Shown: positions 63,625 through 64,000 of the stretch, in pieces
Numbering within the stretch: the stretch's first letter is position 1
Layout: each line of letters starts with the position of its first letter
Source of the DNA: Octopus bimaculoides
Taxonomy: Eukaryota
Reading direction: 5' to 3'
Assembly (NCBI RefSeq): GCF_001194135.2
Contig: NC_068993.1
Span: 63,031,992 to 63,095,991 of the forward strand
DNA: 64,000 nt
The notes under the pieces: generated by a model
Told to the model about the DNA's origin: nothing
What the model saw: the letters and a program-made list of their open reading frames with translations, nothing else
Database searches by the model: none
Program-made: the position numbers and the translations under genes

Positions 63625-64000
63625 TGATTGATCTGTAAAGATAATTGTTTTTGCTGCATTTCATGTGGAATTTTTGGTCTTCCTTTATAAGTCAACCGAC
63701 CTTTTGGGGCTGAAAAATTCAACTCAAATGCCAGAAAATACCATAGATAAGTTTTTGATCAGCTTTAATGATATTTAGACGTTTGACATTATGACATTCT
63801 GTGAATTATACATATTTTATATTCAGTGAAGCAATCAAGTACATTTAATATATCCTCCACTAAGTTACATCTTTGATCTTATAGTTATCTTGTAATGAGA
63901 GTTCTTTAATATAAGCATTATAGTATTTAATTCTTCAAACCTTTCTGTAATGCAAACTTTGTTCTGTGAAGTCTCTTCTTCAATCAATTTATTGTTTTTT

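Overview
Eukaryotic, microsatellite- and SINE-rich draft-assembly DNA with about a dozen N gaps. The repeat content suggests an octopus/cephalopod genome (inference). The right part holds the 5' half of a CYFIP/Sra-1 gene (WAVE-complex subunit, FMRP interactor) on the + strand. Thirteen GT-AG coding exons between 51199 and 63576 splice in frame to 631 codons, and the gene continues past the window. A candidate promoter and non-coding first exon lie at ~35.5 kb: ETS motif, YY1-like core, three AUG-stop minimal uORFs and a GTAAGT donor. CpG becomes sharply depleted from ~38.7 kb, as expected for gene-body methylation. The left 35 kb is mostly repeats and transposon relics: RLE-type, RTE and CR1-like LINEs, a Merlin transposase, MITEs and SINEs. 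It also has weak evidence for a minus-strand secreted-protein gene. The most unusual signals are (i) type I hammerhead-ribozyme motifs of Penelope-like type, including a three-copy family with a ~60-nt helix II insert and covarying stems, (ii) the start-stop cluster in the putative CYFIP leader, (iii) a ~140-bp near-perfect intronic hairpin with A-C mismatches, and (iv) a 4-aa deletion in a conserved CYFIP segment. No rRNA, true tRNA or CRISPR array was seen. Almost all ORFs in the supplied track are artefacts of gaps or simple repeats. Family assignments come from recalled motifs, not database searches.
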